Notes under the pieces: model-generated
Databases searched by the model: none
The model's input: the letters and a program-made list of their open reading frames with translations, nothing else
Told to the model about the DNA's origin: nothing
Shown here: in pieces, positions 39,098 to 48,376 of the stretch
How the letters are laid out: each line of letters begins with the position of its first letter
Position numbering within the stretch: the first letter of the stretch is position 1
Source: a virus
Lineage: Duplodnaviria > Caudoviricetes
DNA length: 52,415 nucleotides
IMG/VR virus record: IMGVR_UViG_3300018917_000004
Coordinates: 1 to 52,415 of that record
Strand: one strand, 5' to 3'
Program-made: the position numbers and the translations under genes

Positions 39098-39446
39098 GTC
39101 AATTAATGTGTCCAGTTTACAAAAGTCGATATCAGGGGCAGCAGAGGATATAAGTGGTAATGTAAGTAACTTTCGAGAAATACTGAGTACATCGCCTCAA
39201 CTATCACCCTTCGAGTACCCCCCGGCCGTACAGAGTGGCATTGATGCCCTGGAAACCGTAGGGGTCACGCTGCCATCAGAGGATGAACTAGTAGCCATCG
39301 CTAACGACCAAATTAGCGCCGTATTTGACGAGTTAGCCCCTGAGCTAAACAGTGCCCTTGATGTCGTTGAGGATGCCTTAGGCTTCATCACTGGCGCTAG
39401 TGACGACGCGGCCACCATGCTGAATAAGATAACCTGGTTACTTTAA
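39096..39446 (+). CDS. Probable gpX/LysM-like baseplate protein
   Basis: AGGAG RBS; SISGAAEDISGNVSNFREILSTSPQLSPF resembles a LysM/tail X N-terminus. Confidence 0.45.
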   Translation: MSINVSSLQKSISGAAEDISGNVSNFREILSTSPQLSPFEYPPAVQSGIDALETVGVTLPSEDELVAIANDQISAVFDELAPELNSALDVVEDALGFITGASDDAATMLNKITWLL

Positions 39447-39479
39447 GGCACTGCGTGCGCTAAGTACACTATGAAAACT

Positions 39480-39510
39480 AAATACCCTGTTATCACAAGG
39501 ACACAGGGTG
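39480..39510. terminator. Terminator containing TGTTATCACA
   Basis: Same family as 27483-27517. Confidence 0.6.
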
Positions 39511-39561
39511 CTTAGTGTTATTTAGTTGTTAGTTAATTAAAGGCCGCTCACCTCCCTAGTG

Positions 39562-39708
39562 TTACTTAGTTTCCTTAGTGGGTTTTGGTTGGCCCTCAGG
39601 CACTACCGGGGTATTGGTTGGCTTTGAGATACGAACGTCCTCCTGTTGAATCTGGTCTAGCACGCTTTGTACTCGGTCAGCTTGTGAATCAGTGGCCACT
39701 ATTGTCAT
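39562..39708 (-). CDS. 48-aa hypothetical protein
   Basis: AAGGAG RBS; MTIVATDSQADRVQ... Confidence 0.55.
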   Translation of the reverse strand: MTIVATDSQADRVQSVLDQIQQEDVRISKPTNTPVVPEGQPKPTKETK

Positions 39709-39809
39709 TAGCTCCTTCTTGTTGACTAGGGTGTACAGGGTGACCTAATGGTCAACGGTAGTTATATTACTACCTGCTTTCTCATAATGTGACTTTGTTA
39801 TAACAGAGG

Positions 39810-40500
39810 CATTGTGAGCCTCAGGGCCCCAAGTTGACTTGCACAACCTCTAATTACTCCTTCTGGCATCTTGACTACAATGTAGGTTTATTAGCTGAAC
39901 TGAGTTCTTAGGAAACTATCGGGGCCGTGAGTGAGACCTTAGGGTACTAAATGGCTTAGTAGGCGCATAGAGTACCCTCGTATCTCTATAATGTTAACTA
40001 GCTTTCACCGCCTCTACTCGGTTAGTTCTAGTTGACATATGGTAACTTAATTACTTAGTAGCTTTGCTTGCCTCTGTGTATCTCAGGTGGTCTCTGTTTA
40101 TCATCAGCGGTAGAGGTTGACACCAATAACTCACTTTGACTTACTTTGACACTCGTTGACTCACTTGGCTATTTTAGCTTTCAGTTACGTTTGTTTGAAT
40201 CAGGTGAAATAAGGGAACCTGGCAACCCTAATATACTTATTAGGCTATATTAGACCCTTAGGCGTTTTGAGTAGCCGCCTTTCCTACCTAGTCCTTTAGG
40301 TGAACTAGAACCTTTATGACCCTAAGGTCAGTTGGTTTTGCCACGTCCCTTGATTCAAGTGGCACTTCCTAGTCTTAATGCTGGGTACCAGTTATCAGGT
40401 GTGGCGTGAGGTTTCCAGGGTTTCTACGGCTTCCACATTTTACTGCGGCTTCCAGACTATCTCGTTTAAACGGCGTCTGAGCTTTTCGCTTTCACCCTCT
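39810..40500 (+). ncRNA. Putative second large structured RNA (~700 nt)
   Basis: No ORF of 60 aa or more in any frame; many stems with + strand G-U pairs. Confidence 0.45.
40128..40167. repeat. Four degenerate 10-bp tandem repeats (GACTCACTTT-like)
   Basis: aactcacttt gacttacttt gacactcgtt gactcacttg. Confidence 0.65.
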
Positions 40501-40517
40501 CTGTCCCTCACTTCTCT

Positions 40518-40546
40518 AATATATCGCGCTTAGCCCTGAGTGTCAA
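40518..40546 (-). promoter_or_regulatory. Near-consensus sigma70 promoter
   Basis: TTGACA-17-TATATT pointing into the non-coding region. Confidence 0.8.
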
Positions 40547-40554
40547 CCATTTAA

Positions 40555-40785
40555 TCATCGAGTTTTATCTATGGTCACCTGTTCAGCCATAGACTTAGCA
40601 TCGAAACCAAAGCGCGCTAGAGCCTCACGCTTTAACAGACGCTTAATGTAAGCTCCGAGTTCATTACCGTCACTATCAGCAGCCAAAGCCCTGTATAACA
40701 TTAGCTCATTAGGTGTAAACAGCACCTCAACAACTTCCTTCTTAGCACGGTATTTCTGATTAGATTCAGGGTTAGCGCGTCCCAT
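40555..40785 (-). CDS. Small RHH-like DNA-binding protein
   Basis: ATG 40785 with AGGAG RBS; VEVLFTPNE..RALA..LGAYIKRLLKRE. Confidence 0.55.
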   Translation of the reverse strand: MGRANPESNQKYRAKKEVVEVLFTPNELMLYRALAADSDGNELGAYIKRLLKREALARFGFDAKSMAEQVTIDKTR

Positions 40786-40819
40786 GGTGTCTCCTAAGGG
40801 TGATAATGTGATAACAATG

Positions 40820-41659
40820 CTACTCGGTTTGACCTTTGGCAATGTATTGCTCTATTTCAGTATAGCACGCATCAATACAGCCAGGTTGTTCAGCGATATC
40901 GGCTACACATTGGTCAATAGCGTCCAAGTGGAAATTCATAGCAAAAATGGCTGATTTAGTGTAATCAGTGTCGTAACCATTTTTCACTTGTGACTTATAA
41001 ACGTCCTCTACTTCTGCCAGGGCCTCAGCATCTAACCGAGTCTTAACAATTTTATCAATGTGCCCGTATTCTGTACGGGTGAACGCGGACTGAAAGTGGT
41101 CATAACGGGCCTGATGGTACGGCAGCCGCTCATGGCCTCTATCGATTTTAGCTTGACGCTCGGCTATCTCTGCTTTCAGTCTGGCAATGTTGCTCAACTT
41201 AGGCTTAGGTGCATCAATCATATAGTAATTCTCAAGGGCCGCACGTCGCTTTGTTAAATTACAGAAGCGCTTACTAGTCTTCACAGTTTCCAAGAGTTCA
41301 TCGAAGTTCTTAGGTAGCGTCATTTCAAGCCAATCGGTGCCCTGCTTTGCCTGATAGCACTTGTATCCTACTTGCTCAATGTACTCAGGGTAGAAAAAGG
41401 TCAGGCCTTTACGTAACCGATTAACACAACGGATATAGAATTGACGCATTGAACCCCGGAATTGATAGAGTTCATAAATATCCTTACCTACCTTACGGGC
41501 CACGTCAGCAGCACAAACAATATTAGCCTCACGTACACGCCACTCTTTATTATAATTTGTAATAATCGTTGACCAGCGCCGGTCTTGTACGTCATCTGGG
41601 TACCAATTCGGGTTCCGAGTTTCCATGAGTTCTACCTTTACAATAACTTTATACCTCAT
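40820..41659 (-). CDS. Hypothetical protein with coiled-coil C-terminus
   Basis: 279-aa ORF. Confidence 0.7.
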   Translation of the reverse strand: MRYKVIVKVELMETRNPNWYPDDVQDRRWSTIITNYNKEWRVREANIVCAADVARKVGKDIYELYQFRGSMRQFYIRCVNRLRKGLTFFYPEYIEQVGYKCYQAKQGTDWLEMTLPKNFDELLETVKTSKRFCNLTKRRAALENYYMIDAPKPKLSNIARLKAEIAERQAKIDRGHERLPYHQARYDHFQSAFTRTEYGHIDKIVKTRLDAEALAEVEDVYKSQVKNGYDTDYTKSAIFAMNFHLDAIDQCVADIAEQPGCIDACYTEIEQYIAKGQTE

Positions 41660-41714
41660 GTTAACACAAATAACCCCCAGTTGCCTAGGGGTTACGAGTG
41701 AGTATTTGTACTTA

Positions 41715-41870
41715 TTAGCGTTGAACGAGTCGCATGGTGTTTCTAGAATTCCTGGTAGAACCTGAACAAATAGAGTTTACAAACTGACGCATGGTTAACT
41801 TATTGTAATCCTGAACACACATACCGCCTTTAGCTTCCTTAAAGTTACTCATTCTAGTATGTTGCTTCAT
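41715..41870 (-). CDS. 51-aa hypothetical protein
   Basis: ATG 41870 with AGGAG RBS. Confidence 0.5.
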   Translation of the reverse strand: MKQHTRMSNFKEAKGGMCVQDYNKLTMRQFVNSICSGSTRNSRNTMRLVQR

Positions 41871-41907
41871 GTTGTCTCCTGTGTGTGTGATAATGTGATA
41901 ACAAATG

Positions 41908-42144
41908 TTACAGAGGTGGTAAAGGGCCCTCAGGGTTACTGAGTCTATTGTCAATCAAGCTGTCAATATAACGCACCATAGCGTTAATGGTATCAATACG
42001 GGCCTCAAGGCGTCCCAAGTCTTCAAGGGTCATACATACAACGGTGGTACCGTCAGAAGTCGTGAAAGTCGTGTAATTGATAGGGCCATCATCGATATGA
42101 TTTTGTGCTTGTGCCGTTAGTTGCTCTGAGAGATTTGGTTCCAT
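41908..42144 (-). CDS. Hypothetical protein
   Basis: 78-aa ORF. Confidence 0.6.
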   Translation of the reverse strand: MEPNLSEQLTAQAQNHIDDGPINYTTFTTSDGTTVVCMTLEDLGRLEARIDTINAMVRYIDSLIDNRLSNPEGPLPPL

Positions 42145-42168
42145 GTGTGTAGTATTGTGATAACAAGG

Positions 42169-42354
42169 CTAATGGTAACTTAAGGGGTGATATTGGCGGT
42201 AGTGCCAACCGGGTAATTGAAGTATCTCGGTAACTCTGGTAGCTCTAGCCTCCCATGTGGTAAATGTTTCTAACTGGGCATTCTCAGGGGCCGCTAGTTC
42301 ATAAACGTACATTGAGAATTTATTCTGAGACATGAGTGTGAGCGTGTATTTCAA
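42169..42354 (-). CDS. Hypothetical protein
   Basis: Small ORF; likely start ATG 42333. Confidence 0.45.
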   Translation of the reverse strand: MKYTLTLMSQNKFSMYVYELAAPENAQLETFTTWEARATRVTEILQLPGWHYRQYHPLSYH

Positions 42355-42487
42355 GTACTCTCAAGCGTAACAAGATATCTTCTAAGACCGATTGAGGTAA
42401 ATAAACGCACCTGACGCCGTTAACCTCAAGATGGTCAGCTTGGAAAATAATCTCGTAAGGTATACCAGGGCGTTTAGGTGGCATCAT
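42320..42487 (-). CDS. 55-aa hypothetical protein
   Basis: MMPPKRPGIPYEIIF... fills the operon gap. Confidence 0.4.
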   Translation of the reverse strand: MMPPKRPGIPYEIIFQADHLEVNGVRCVYLPQSVLEDILLRLRVLEIHAHTHVSE

Positions 42488-42776
42488 TACCCCCTAGAAC
42501 TCTAAATGAATCCGAGGTGAAGCGTAGATTCCCTTGTCGCATCAGGTTCAATACTTGCACAGCACGACCGTTAAGGCCCATAGCGGCTTGTGAGTTACCG
42601 TAATGCGTAATCAAGTCAACAACGGTGTCTAGTCGCATAGCAAACACCTCAGGTCTATGGTTAACCAGTCGGGCGAGTGAGGGCGCATTAGGGTATACAC
42701 GCTGACTTAAAGTACGCACCGGGATATTTAGGAAGTTACTAACGGTCTTGAAGGAATGAGTAAACATAGGTGTCAT
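42474..42776 (-). CDS. Hypothetical protein
   Basis: 100 aa; promoter TTGACG-18-TACTAT at 42814-42843. Confidence 0.6.
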   Translation of the reverse strand: MTPMFTHSFKTVSNFLNIPVRTLSQRVYPNAPSLARLVNHRPEVFAMRLDTVVDLITHYGNSQAAMGLNGRAVQVLNLMRQGNLRFTSDSFRVLGGNDAT

Positions 42777-42861
42777 AGCGGTTATTACGGTCTCTTATGT
42801 GAACTGTATCTATATAGTAGCGCTATCGGCCCTGATGCGTCAATGTAATGTATGTTAAGTT

Positions 42862-45327
42862 TTGTTAAGCACTATGGCAACTGAAAAACCAACACCACCG
42901 GAGGCCCCTAAGGACGCCATTACTACAGTGACCTTAGAGGGCTTTGATGAGCAATGGTCTACAGGGCAACGATTGATTGATGTCTATGTAGTGCTAGGTA
43001 TGAACGATAAGGCCTCTAATTGCCAAGTGGTAATAGCTGACCCTGATTACGCTACGGCCGCTAAGTTAATCAATCATACCTTGACTTCCGGGGGCATACA
43101 GGCCCTTGAGGGTTCAAGTGTGCCTAACGGCACTTCACAGCCTAGTACACCTAGTGGGCCGAGCGCTAGCTCTGGGTTTAACTTAACGACCAATACCGCA
43201 CCGCCGCCTAAGGGTAATATGCAGCCCGGTTGGAATAGTGAGCAAGAGTTCATCGATGAAATGATAAGAAAAGCTCATGCATTTGGCTTAACCGATAAGG
43301 CCCAGTTAGCTTACATGTTGGCGACGTGTAAAATCGAAAACTCAATGGGTGCTGATTTGGTCGAGAATACAAACGGTGCGTACTTAGAGGGCCGTGCTGA
43401 CCTGGGGAACACTCAACCCGGCGATGGCTACAAGTATCGAGGTAGGGGCCTTGTACAGCTCACAGGGCGTGCTGTGTATCGTGATGTAGGCAGAGTTCTC
43501 AGTTTACCATTAGAGGCCACGCCGGACGTTGCAGCCTACCCTGATGTAGCGTTCTTGATTATGTTCACCCATGCCAAGCAGGGCCTACCAATTGCCAACA
43601 GGAAACCACTTAGCACATATTTAGACGAAAGTAAAGGTAAATTCGATTGGTTTAATGCGAGACGCACTATAAACGGCACGGCCAACGCTGCTAAAATAGG
43701 GGCCGATGCTGAGCAGTGGTACAAACGGATGCCTGAGTTGATAGCTAGGGCCATGGGTGGCGCACCGGCCGCAACTAAGGTACCACCGGCTACTAGTGCC
43801 GCTATAGCAGAAGGTGTCCCTGTTGGCTCTACGGTGCCGCCTGTGAAAGGTAGTAAGCTAATCGTGAAGCATCAGGAGTATGAGTATATATACTACCATC
43901 AGGGCACGACGATAAAAGATGATGGTAACTTGGTGCTAAAGGGAACAGGGGTGAGATATGAGCTATCACGGCGCAAGAGAAACAAGACAGAATCGTCGCT
44001 ATCACTGAAAGCGTTGGCGACTAAGGTTGCTACGGCCCACGGGTGCAAATTAGAGTGGCTAGCTGACTTTGATGTGCCCTATACCTTTCTAGACCAAACA
44101 GGAATCAGTGACTATGAGTTACTTAAGCGTGAGTGTGCTGCCGCTGGTCTCTTTATCACTGACAGTTCATCAAAGCCTCATGAGCGTCCACCGGCCTCTA
44201 GTCAGCCCTCATCGAAACCAAGCACCGGCGATATTGCTAGTTTAACAGGTGAACTCATAACGACTTCGAGTAATGCCGGGGCCACTGCGACTAACACAAT
44301 TGTAATAAAATCATTAAGAAATATTAAGGATACCGATTTAGTCATAGAGAAAGGTGTAAACCTGATTAGCTTCGAGATTAGCGATGAGCCACTAGATGGT
44401 AATAAGACCGTACCTGACGCTGGTTCATCACTGCAACAGAGTGAAGTTAAGACCCAAATAGACCCTATGGCCGCTAAGTTAGTACAGACTAAACCTGATG
44501 TTGATAAGGCGGCTGATAAGGCGACAACAGGGAACCAAGCTAAGACCACAACGGCCCAAGTGGCCCCTGGTGCTGAAATGATACAAAGCACGAACGCCGC
44601 TAGAACCAAGAGGGTAAAAGGGCTACCGAGTAAGTTCACTATTGTTACCACAAAGGAAGTGTTGGCACTAGAGCCACTTAGCGGTATCAGGACACGAGGG
44701 CTGCCGGGGGTATTGAGTAGAGTGTGGTTGCTCGATACAATCAAACATTACCTCATGGACGGTAAGACAGAGTTAGGCTGTTGTAGCCCTGTTGAAGTAC
44801 TTGATAACGCACCGCCGGCCGCAGTTACCCCCGGTACCACGACACCTACCGGGCCGCTACCACCGCCTGTTAGTGGCTTTGTAATGCCCCTAGGTGGCAT
44901 TTGTACCTCACCTTTCGGCCAGAGAAACGGTAGACTTCATGCAGGTTGGGACATACAAAGCCCTAAAGGGTACCAAACTAAAATACAAGGTGAAGCGGTG
45001 TGTGCCAGTGCCGCAGGTAAAGTCATATTCGCCGCTAATAATAATGATGGCTACGGGGCCCGTGTTGACATAGCGCACGATGGTGGTAAAGTAACTCGCT
45101 ATGCACACCTTTACAGCATAAGTGTGAAAGTAGGCGACATGGTGCAACAGTTACAGCCTATTGGTATTGAGGGCGGCAGTGGTAACAAAGGCCTAAAGAG
45201 TTACGCTGTACACTTACACTTCGAGATACGAGACGGGGCAGGCTTTGGCGGTAATGGCGTTCATGACCCTAAGAAATTCTTACCTTCTCTGAGTCGCGGT
45301 GCTACCGTTAAACTCGGTTCTAAATGA
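42862..45327 (+). CDS. Baseplate hub (gpD-like) fused to GH19 lysozyme and M23 peptidase
   Basis: [23 protein letters not shown] (GH19); [11 protein letters not shown] (hub); HAGWDI, TRYAHL, HLHFEIR (M23). Confidence 0.85.
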   Translation: MLSTMATEKPTPPEAPKDAITTVTLEGFDEQWSTGQRLIDVYVVLGMNDKASNCQVVIADPDYATAAKLINHTLTSGGIQALEGSSVPNGTSQPSTPSGPSASSGFNLTTNTAPPPKGNMQPGWNSEQEFIDEMIRKAHAFGLTDKAQLAYMLATCKIENSMGADLVENTNGAYLEGRADLGNTQPGDGYKYRGRGLVQLTGRAVYRDVGRVLSLPLEATPDVAAYPDVAFLIMFTHAKQGLPIANRKPLSTYLDESKGKFDWFNARRTINGTANAAKIGADAEQWYKRMPELIARAMGGAPAATKVPPATSAAIAEGVPVGSTVPPVKGSKLIVKHQEYEYIYYHQGTTIKDDGNLVLKGTGVRYELSRRKRNKTESSLSLKALATKVATAHGCKLEWLADFDVPYTFLDQTGISDYELLKRECAAAGLFITDSSSKPHERPPASSQPSSKPSTGDIASLTGELITTSSNAGATATNTIVIKSLRNIKDTDLVIEKGVNLISFEISDEPLDGNKTVPDAGSSLQQSEVKTQIDPMAAKLVQTKPDVDKAADKATTGNQAKTTTAQVAPGAEMIQSTNAARTKRVKGLPSKFTIVTTKEVLALEPLSGIRTRGLPGVLSRVWLLDTIKHYLMDGKTELGCCSPVEVLDNAPPAAVTPGTTTPTGPLPPPVSGFVMPLGGICTSPFGQRNGRLHAGWDIQSPKGYQTKIQGEAVCASAAGKVIFAANNNDGYGARVDIAHDGGKVTRYAHLYSISVKVGDMVQQLQPIGIEGGSGNKGLKSYAVHLHFEIRDGAGFGGNGVHDPKKFLPSLSRGATVKLGSK

Positions 45328-45354
45328 GCCTCACGGCTCTAATTACCTAGTGAC

Positions 45355-45388
45355 AATAAATAACCCTGTATCATTGTGATAACAGGGT
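45355..45388 (-). terminator. Terminator containing TGTGATAACA
   Basis: AATAAATAACCCTGT...ACAGGGT. Confidence 0.6.
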
Positions 45389-45440
45389 CATGATAGCCGT
45401 AAGGCTACAAGGGTATTAAGGGTTATAAGGCTACAAAGTG

Positions 45441-45929
45441 TTAACAGTCGTTACGCAACTCATAAAGAGCGCTAGAGACCTTATCGGCAAAAGTGCGAAA
45501 AGCGTCAACACGCTGGTTAACATTACTATAGTTCCTACTGGTCTGCTCTAGTTCAGCTTGTGTCTTCTCAAGTTGCTTCAGTGTATTACTAAATGCATCA
45601 CGAGTGGCCGCCAATTCCTCTCGGACATCATTGAGCATACGTACCGCATTACAATAACGGTCATTCATGTACTCTAAATCGTCGTTTAGCTTAGCTGTCA
45701 GCTCAATGAGTTCTTTAGAATCCTCCTGTGCGTTAAGTTTCTCTGATAGCCTCATAATCTCATCAGCGGCTTTGATAGCCTCAACGCGCCATTTAGCGGC
45801 CTCATTGCGAATAAGACGGCAGATGGTATCGTGTTCTTCCTTGGTCACATACTGACCCTTGGGGCAACCATTAACCGCAGGTACATAACTTACACCATTA
45901 ATTACTACGTTATCCATGATTAACCTCAT
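45441..45929 (-). CDS. Coiled-coil hypothetical protein
   Basis: Heptad-rich ORF. Confidence 0.65.
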   Translation of the reverse strand: MRLIMDNVVINGVSYVPAVNGCPKGQYVTKEEHDTICRLIRNEAAKWRVEAIKAADEIMRLSEKLNAQEDSKELIELTAKLNDDLEYMNDRYCNAVRMLNDVREELAATRDAFSNTLKQLEKTQAELEQTSRNYSNVNQRVDAFRTFADKVSSALYELRNDC

Positions 45930-46914
45930 TTAGGTAGTTGACAATTGAGTGACCTAATGCCTTAGCGAGATTCACAGGAACAGCGTTGCCAATTTGCTTA
46001 TACTGGCTACTGTCGCTACCAGTGAACACGTAATCATCAGGGAATGTTTGTATTCTAGCATATTCTCGAACACTTAGTGGCCTAGTTTCTAATGGGTGAC
46101 ACCGTTCCGTCTTCTTACCATAGGGGGATGTCAGTAACGTCAAGGAAGGCTTAAAGCGACTAAGGCGTCTTAGTATACCAGTTGACCCGGTGCCTGTTGC
46201 ATTCCATAAGGGGCCTAGGTATTGTTGCTGCGTCTCAGGGTCTAACGATGTCCAATGCTTACCCTCAGGTACTTGTGATAACAAATCAGCCTTGGTGTTA
46301 CTGTAAGTAAAGCCGGTTGACCAAGGTACATCCTGTAGGGCATAGTTCAATAAATGGCATACCGGGGCAGGCTTTGGCCACTGAAAGACAGCGTTATCGT
46401 GACAGGTGCCCATTATGAATAACCGTTTGCGTGATTGTGGCACCTCGTAGTCAACGGCGTTCAAGAGGCGATAATCGACCTGATAGCCTAATTGTCTAAA
46501 TGCGCTAACAATTGCCATCATTGTATTGCCACCATCTTGACTAAGTAGCCCTGGCACGTTCTCAGCTAGAAACAAGGCGGGCCGTGTCTCATCAATGCAC
46601 CTTAGCATCTCGAAGAATAATAGGCCCCTAGGGTCTCTCTCGCCGTTACGTTGACCAATTAAGCTAAACGGTTGGCACGGGAAACCGCCAGTTACCACAT
46701 GAGGCCTATAGCCTTTATAATCGACCTTGGTTACATCCTGTTGCCTTACACGCCATTCTGGTCTATTATGACGTAAAGTATTACAAGCGTCCTTATTGTT
46801 CTCTACTAGTAAGGCAGGATGAATACCGGCGGCCTCAAGACCTAAAGCGAGACCTCCGGCCCCTGCGAATAACTCAATGCTGCTGTAGTCTTGTGATAAC
46901 ATGATACTACTCAT
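45910..46914 (-). CDS. C5 DNA cytosine methyltransferase
   Basis: ELFAGAGG, GGFPCQ, AENV, QSRKR, QIGNAVP. The TERCHP..RPLSVREYARIQTF region resembles the GGNCC-type (Sau96I-like) family. Confidence 0.93.
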   Translation of the reverse strand: MSSIMLSQDYSSIELFAGAGGLALGLEAAGIHPALLVENNKDACNTLRHNRPEWRVRQQDVTKVDYKGYRPHVVTGGFPCQPFSLIGQRNGERDPRGLLFFEMLRCIDETRPALFLAENVPGLLSQDGGNTMMAIVSAFRQLGYQVDYRLLNAVDYEVPQSRKRLFIMGTCHDNAVFQWPKPAPVCHLLNYALQDVPWSTGFTYSNTKADLLSQVPEGKHWTSLDPETQQQYLGPLWNATGTGSTGILRRLSRFKPSLTLLTSPYGKKTERCHPLETRPLSVREYARIQTFPDDYVFTGSDSSQYKQIGNAVPVNLAKALGHSIVNYLNEVNHG

Positions 46915-47044
46915 TAATTAAGGTGTAACCGGGGCGGCCCATATACCAAAGTTTAGCTAGTTGCAATTGTTGGTTATCAGGGTAACAGCGGCTCTCGATT
47001 ACGCCACAGTGGTCAAGTGTCAAGCAATACGTTTTGGTTTTCAT
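46907..47044 (-). CDS. 45-aa hypothetical protein
   Basis: MKTKTYCLTLDHCG..., after the -10 box at ~47073 and overlapping the MTase start. Confidence 0.4.
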   Translation of the reverse strand: MKTKTYCLTLDHCGVIESRCYPDNQQLQLAKLWYMGRPGYTLINE

Positions 47045-47116
47045 TAGGACTAACCTGTATCTCTATACCTCTATAGTAGCAACCAATTAGCCCTCAGTGT
47101 TAACTGTTTACAAAAC

Positions 47117-47491
47117 TTAACCTAGGAAAGATACGAAAGAGTAAAGGCTCATGTCTTCACTATCGGCATCAGGTTGCCCCGGTTGCCCTATATACCACCA
47201 TGCCACGTATTCAATTATGTTCCCATCATTCCACACTTTAGCACTAAGGTTATTTAGGTCATGCATTAATTTAGAGTACATTGGCGACATATCAGAGATA
47301 CCTTTAACACAAAGTGCTTTAGAAGTCAAGTAAGTCGTATAGCGTTCTAGCTGGTCACTGTTATATCTAGTGACACCGGCGTGTAATAGTTGAATACCGC
47401 TAGCCTCAAGGGAATCTAAGTGCTTTACGAGGTGCCCTGGTATATCACAGTACTCACGTTTAAACAATCGGGAATAAGAGGTATCTTTCAT
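47117..47491 (-). CDS. Hypothetical protein
   Basis: 124 aa; ATGA overlap with the kinase. Confidence 0.6.
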   Translation of the reverse strand: MKDTSYSRLFKREYCDIPGHLVKHLDSLEASGIQLLHAGVTRYNSDQLERYTTYLTSKALCVKGISDMSPMYSKLMHDLNNLSAKVWNDGNIIEYVAWWYIGQPGQPDADSEDMSLYSFVSFLG

Positions 47492-48057
47492 TGCATTAGG
47501 CCTGCTGTGATTAGTTGGTTGGCGATAGTGGTGAGTAGGCCGCCATAGGTGCCATAGTTCATTATGATGCCATGATGGGCCGCAACTCGACTCAATGTTT
47601 TAATGTTAACCCCTAGGTATTTATCGGTTTCTAGTGCTGTCGCAATGCTACGTTGCACCTGGAAGAGATATAAGGCCTCAGTGGTAGCTAGGCTCTTAAG
47701 GTATTCTGCCTCCACAGGGTTCCTCATGTCAGTAAATACCGGCACTTGCCCCCGTTCTAAATATGAAGCCACTTGTCGCTTAGTGTAGTGTAGGCCTAAC
47801 CTGGGATGTAACTGTGGCATTACTTCAAACCCTTTAACCATTAGGTCTAGCGGTGATACACCGAGGTCATCAATAACCGTAGTACGCCACTCTCGGTCTT
47901 CCAGTTGCTCTAATGTTACACCAAGGTATTGTGATAACATCAGTTTAAATGGTTCAACGAATTTAACATTGACTAAGGCATGTGATAACAAATCACGCAT
48001 TAGGCGAAACGTTGTGTCCTTACCGGCCCCCGATAACCCTGCTAGCACGATGAGCAT
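47488..48057 (-). CDS. Deoxynucleoside monophosphate kinase
   Basis: GLSGAGKDT, KFVEPFK, VFTDMRNPVE. Confidence 0.8.
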   Translation of the reverse strand: MLIVLAGLSGAGKDTTFRLMRDLLSHALVNVKFVEPFKLMLSQYLGVTLEQLEDREWRTTVIDDLGVSPLDLMVKGFEVMPQLHPRLGLHYTKRQVASYLERGQVPVFTDMRNPVEAEYLKSLATTEALYLFQVQRSIATALETDKYLGVNIKTLSRVAAHHGIIMNYGTYGGLLTTIANQLITAGLMQ

Positions 48058-48113
48058 AAATTAACCTCTCGGTTGAAACTATGTCCTCATTATAGCACAA
48101 TGTACCTTTAGAT

Positions 48114-48149
48114 AATAAAATACCCTGTTATCACAAGGACACAGGGTAT
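48114..48149 (-). terminator. Terminator containing TGTTATCACA
   Basis: Near-identical to 27483-27517. Confidence 0.6.
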
Positions 48150-48314
48150 ATCAGGTTAATGATGAGAACTTATCAATCCGGGCGTCCTTTAGTTTGTTCC
48201 GTATTATTCCGGTGAGAACCGGAAAAGTCCACACCTTCTACCATGTAGCGTTTTAGAGCCTCAGGATGTAAGTGGTACTAACCGTACCTTGGTTATACGG
48301 TTAACCGTCATGCC

Positions 48315-48350
48315 AATAAATAACCCCTGTGACATTGTTATCACAAGGGT
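48315..48350 (-). terminator. Terminator containing TGTTATCACA
   Basis: Identical to 1185-1220. Confidence 0.65.
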
Positions 48351-48376
48351 AATAAGGTAACCAAGGGTTGAAAGTT

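Noticed and set aside
1185-48350. CRISPR array from the ~35-bp repeated hairpins
   Set aside because: Copies are kilobases apart, with no regular repeat-spacer tandem and no cas genes.
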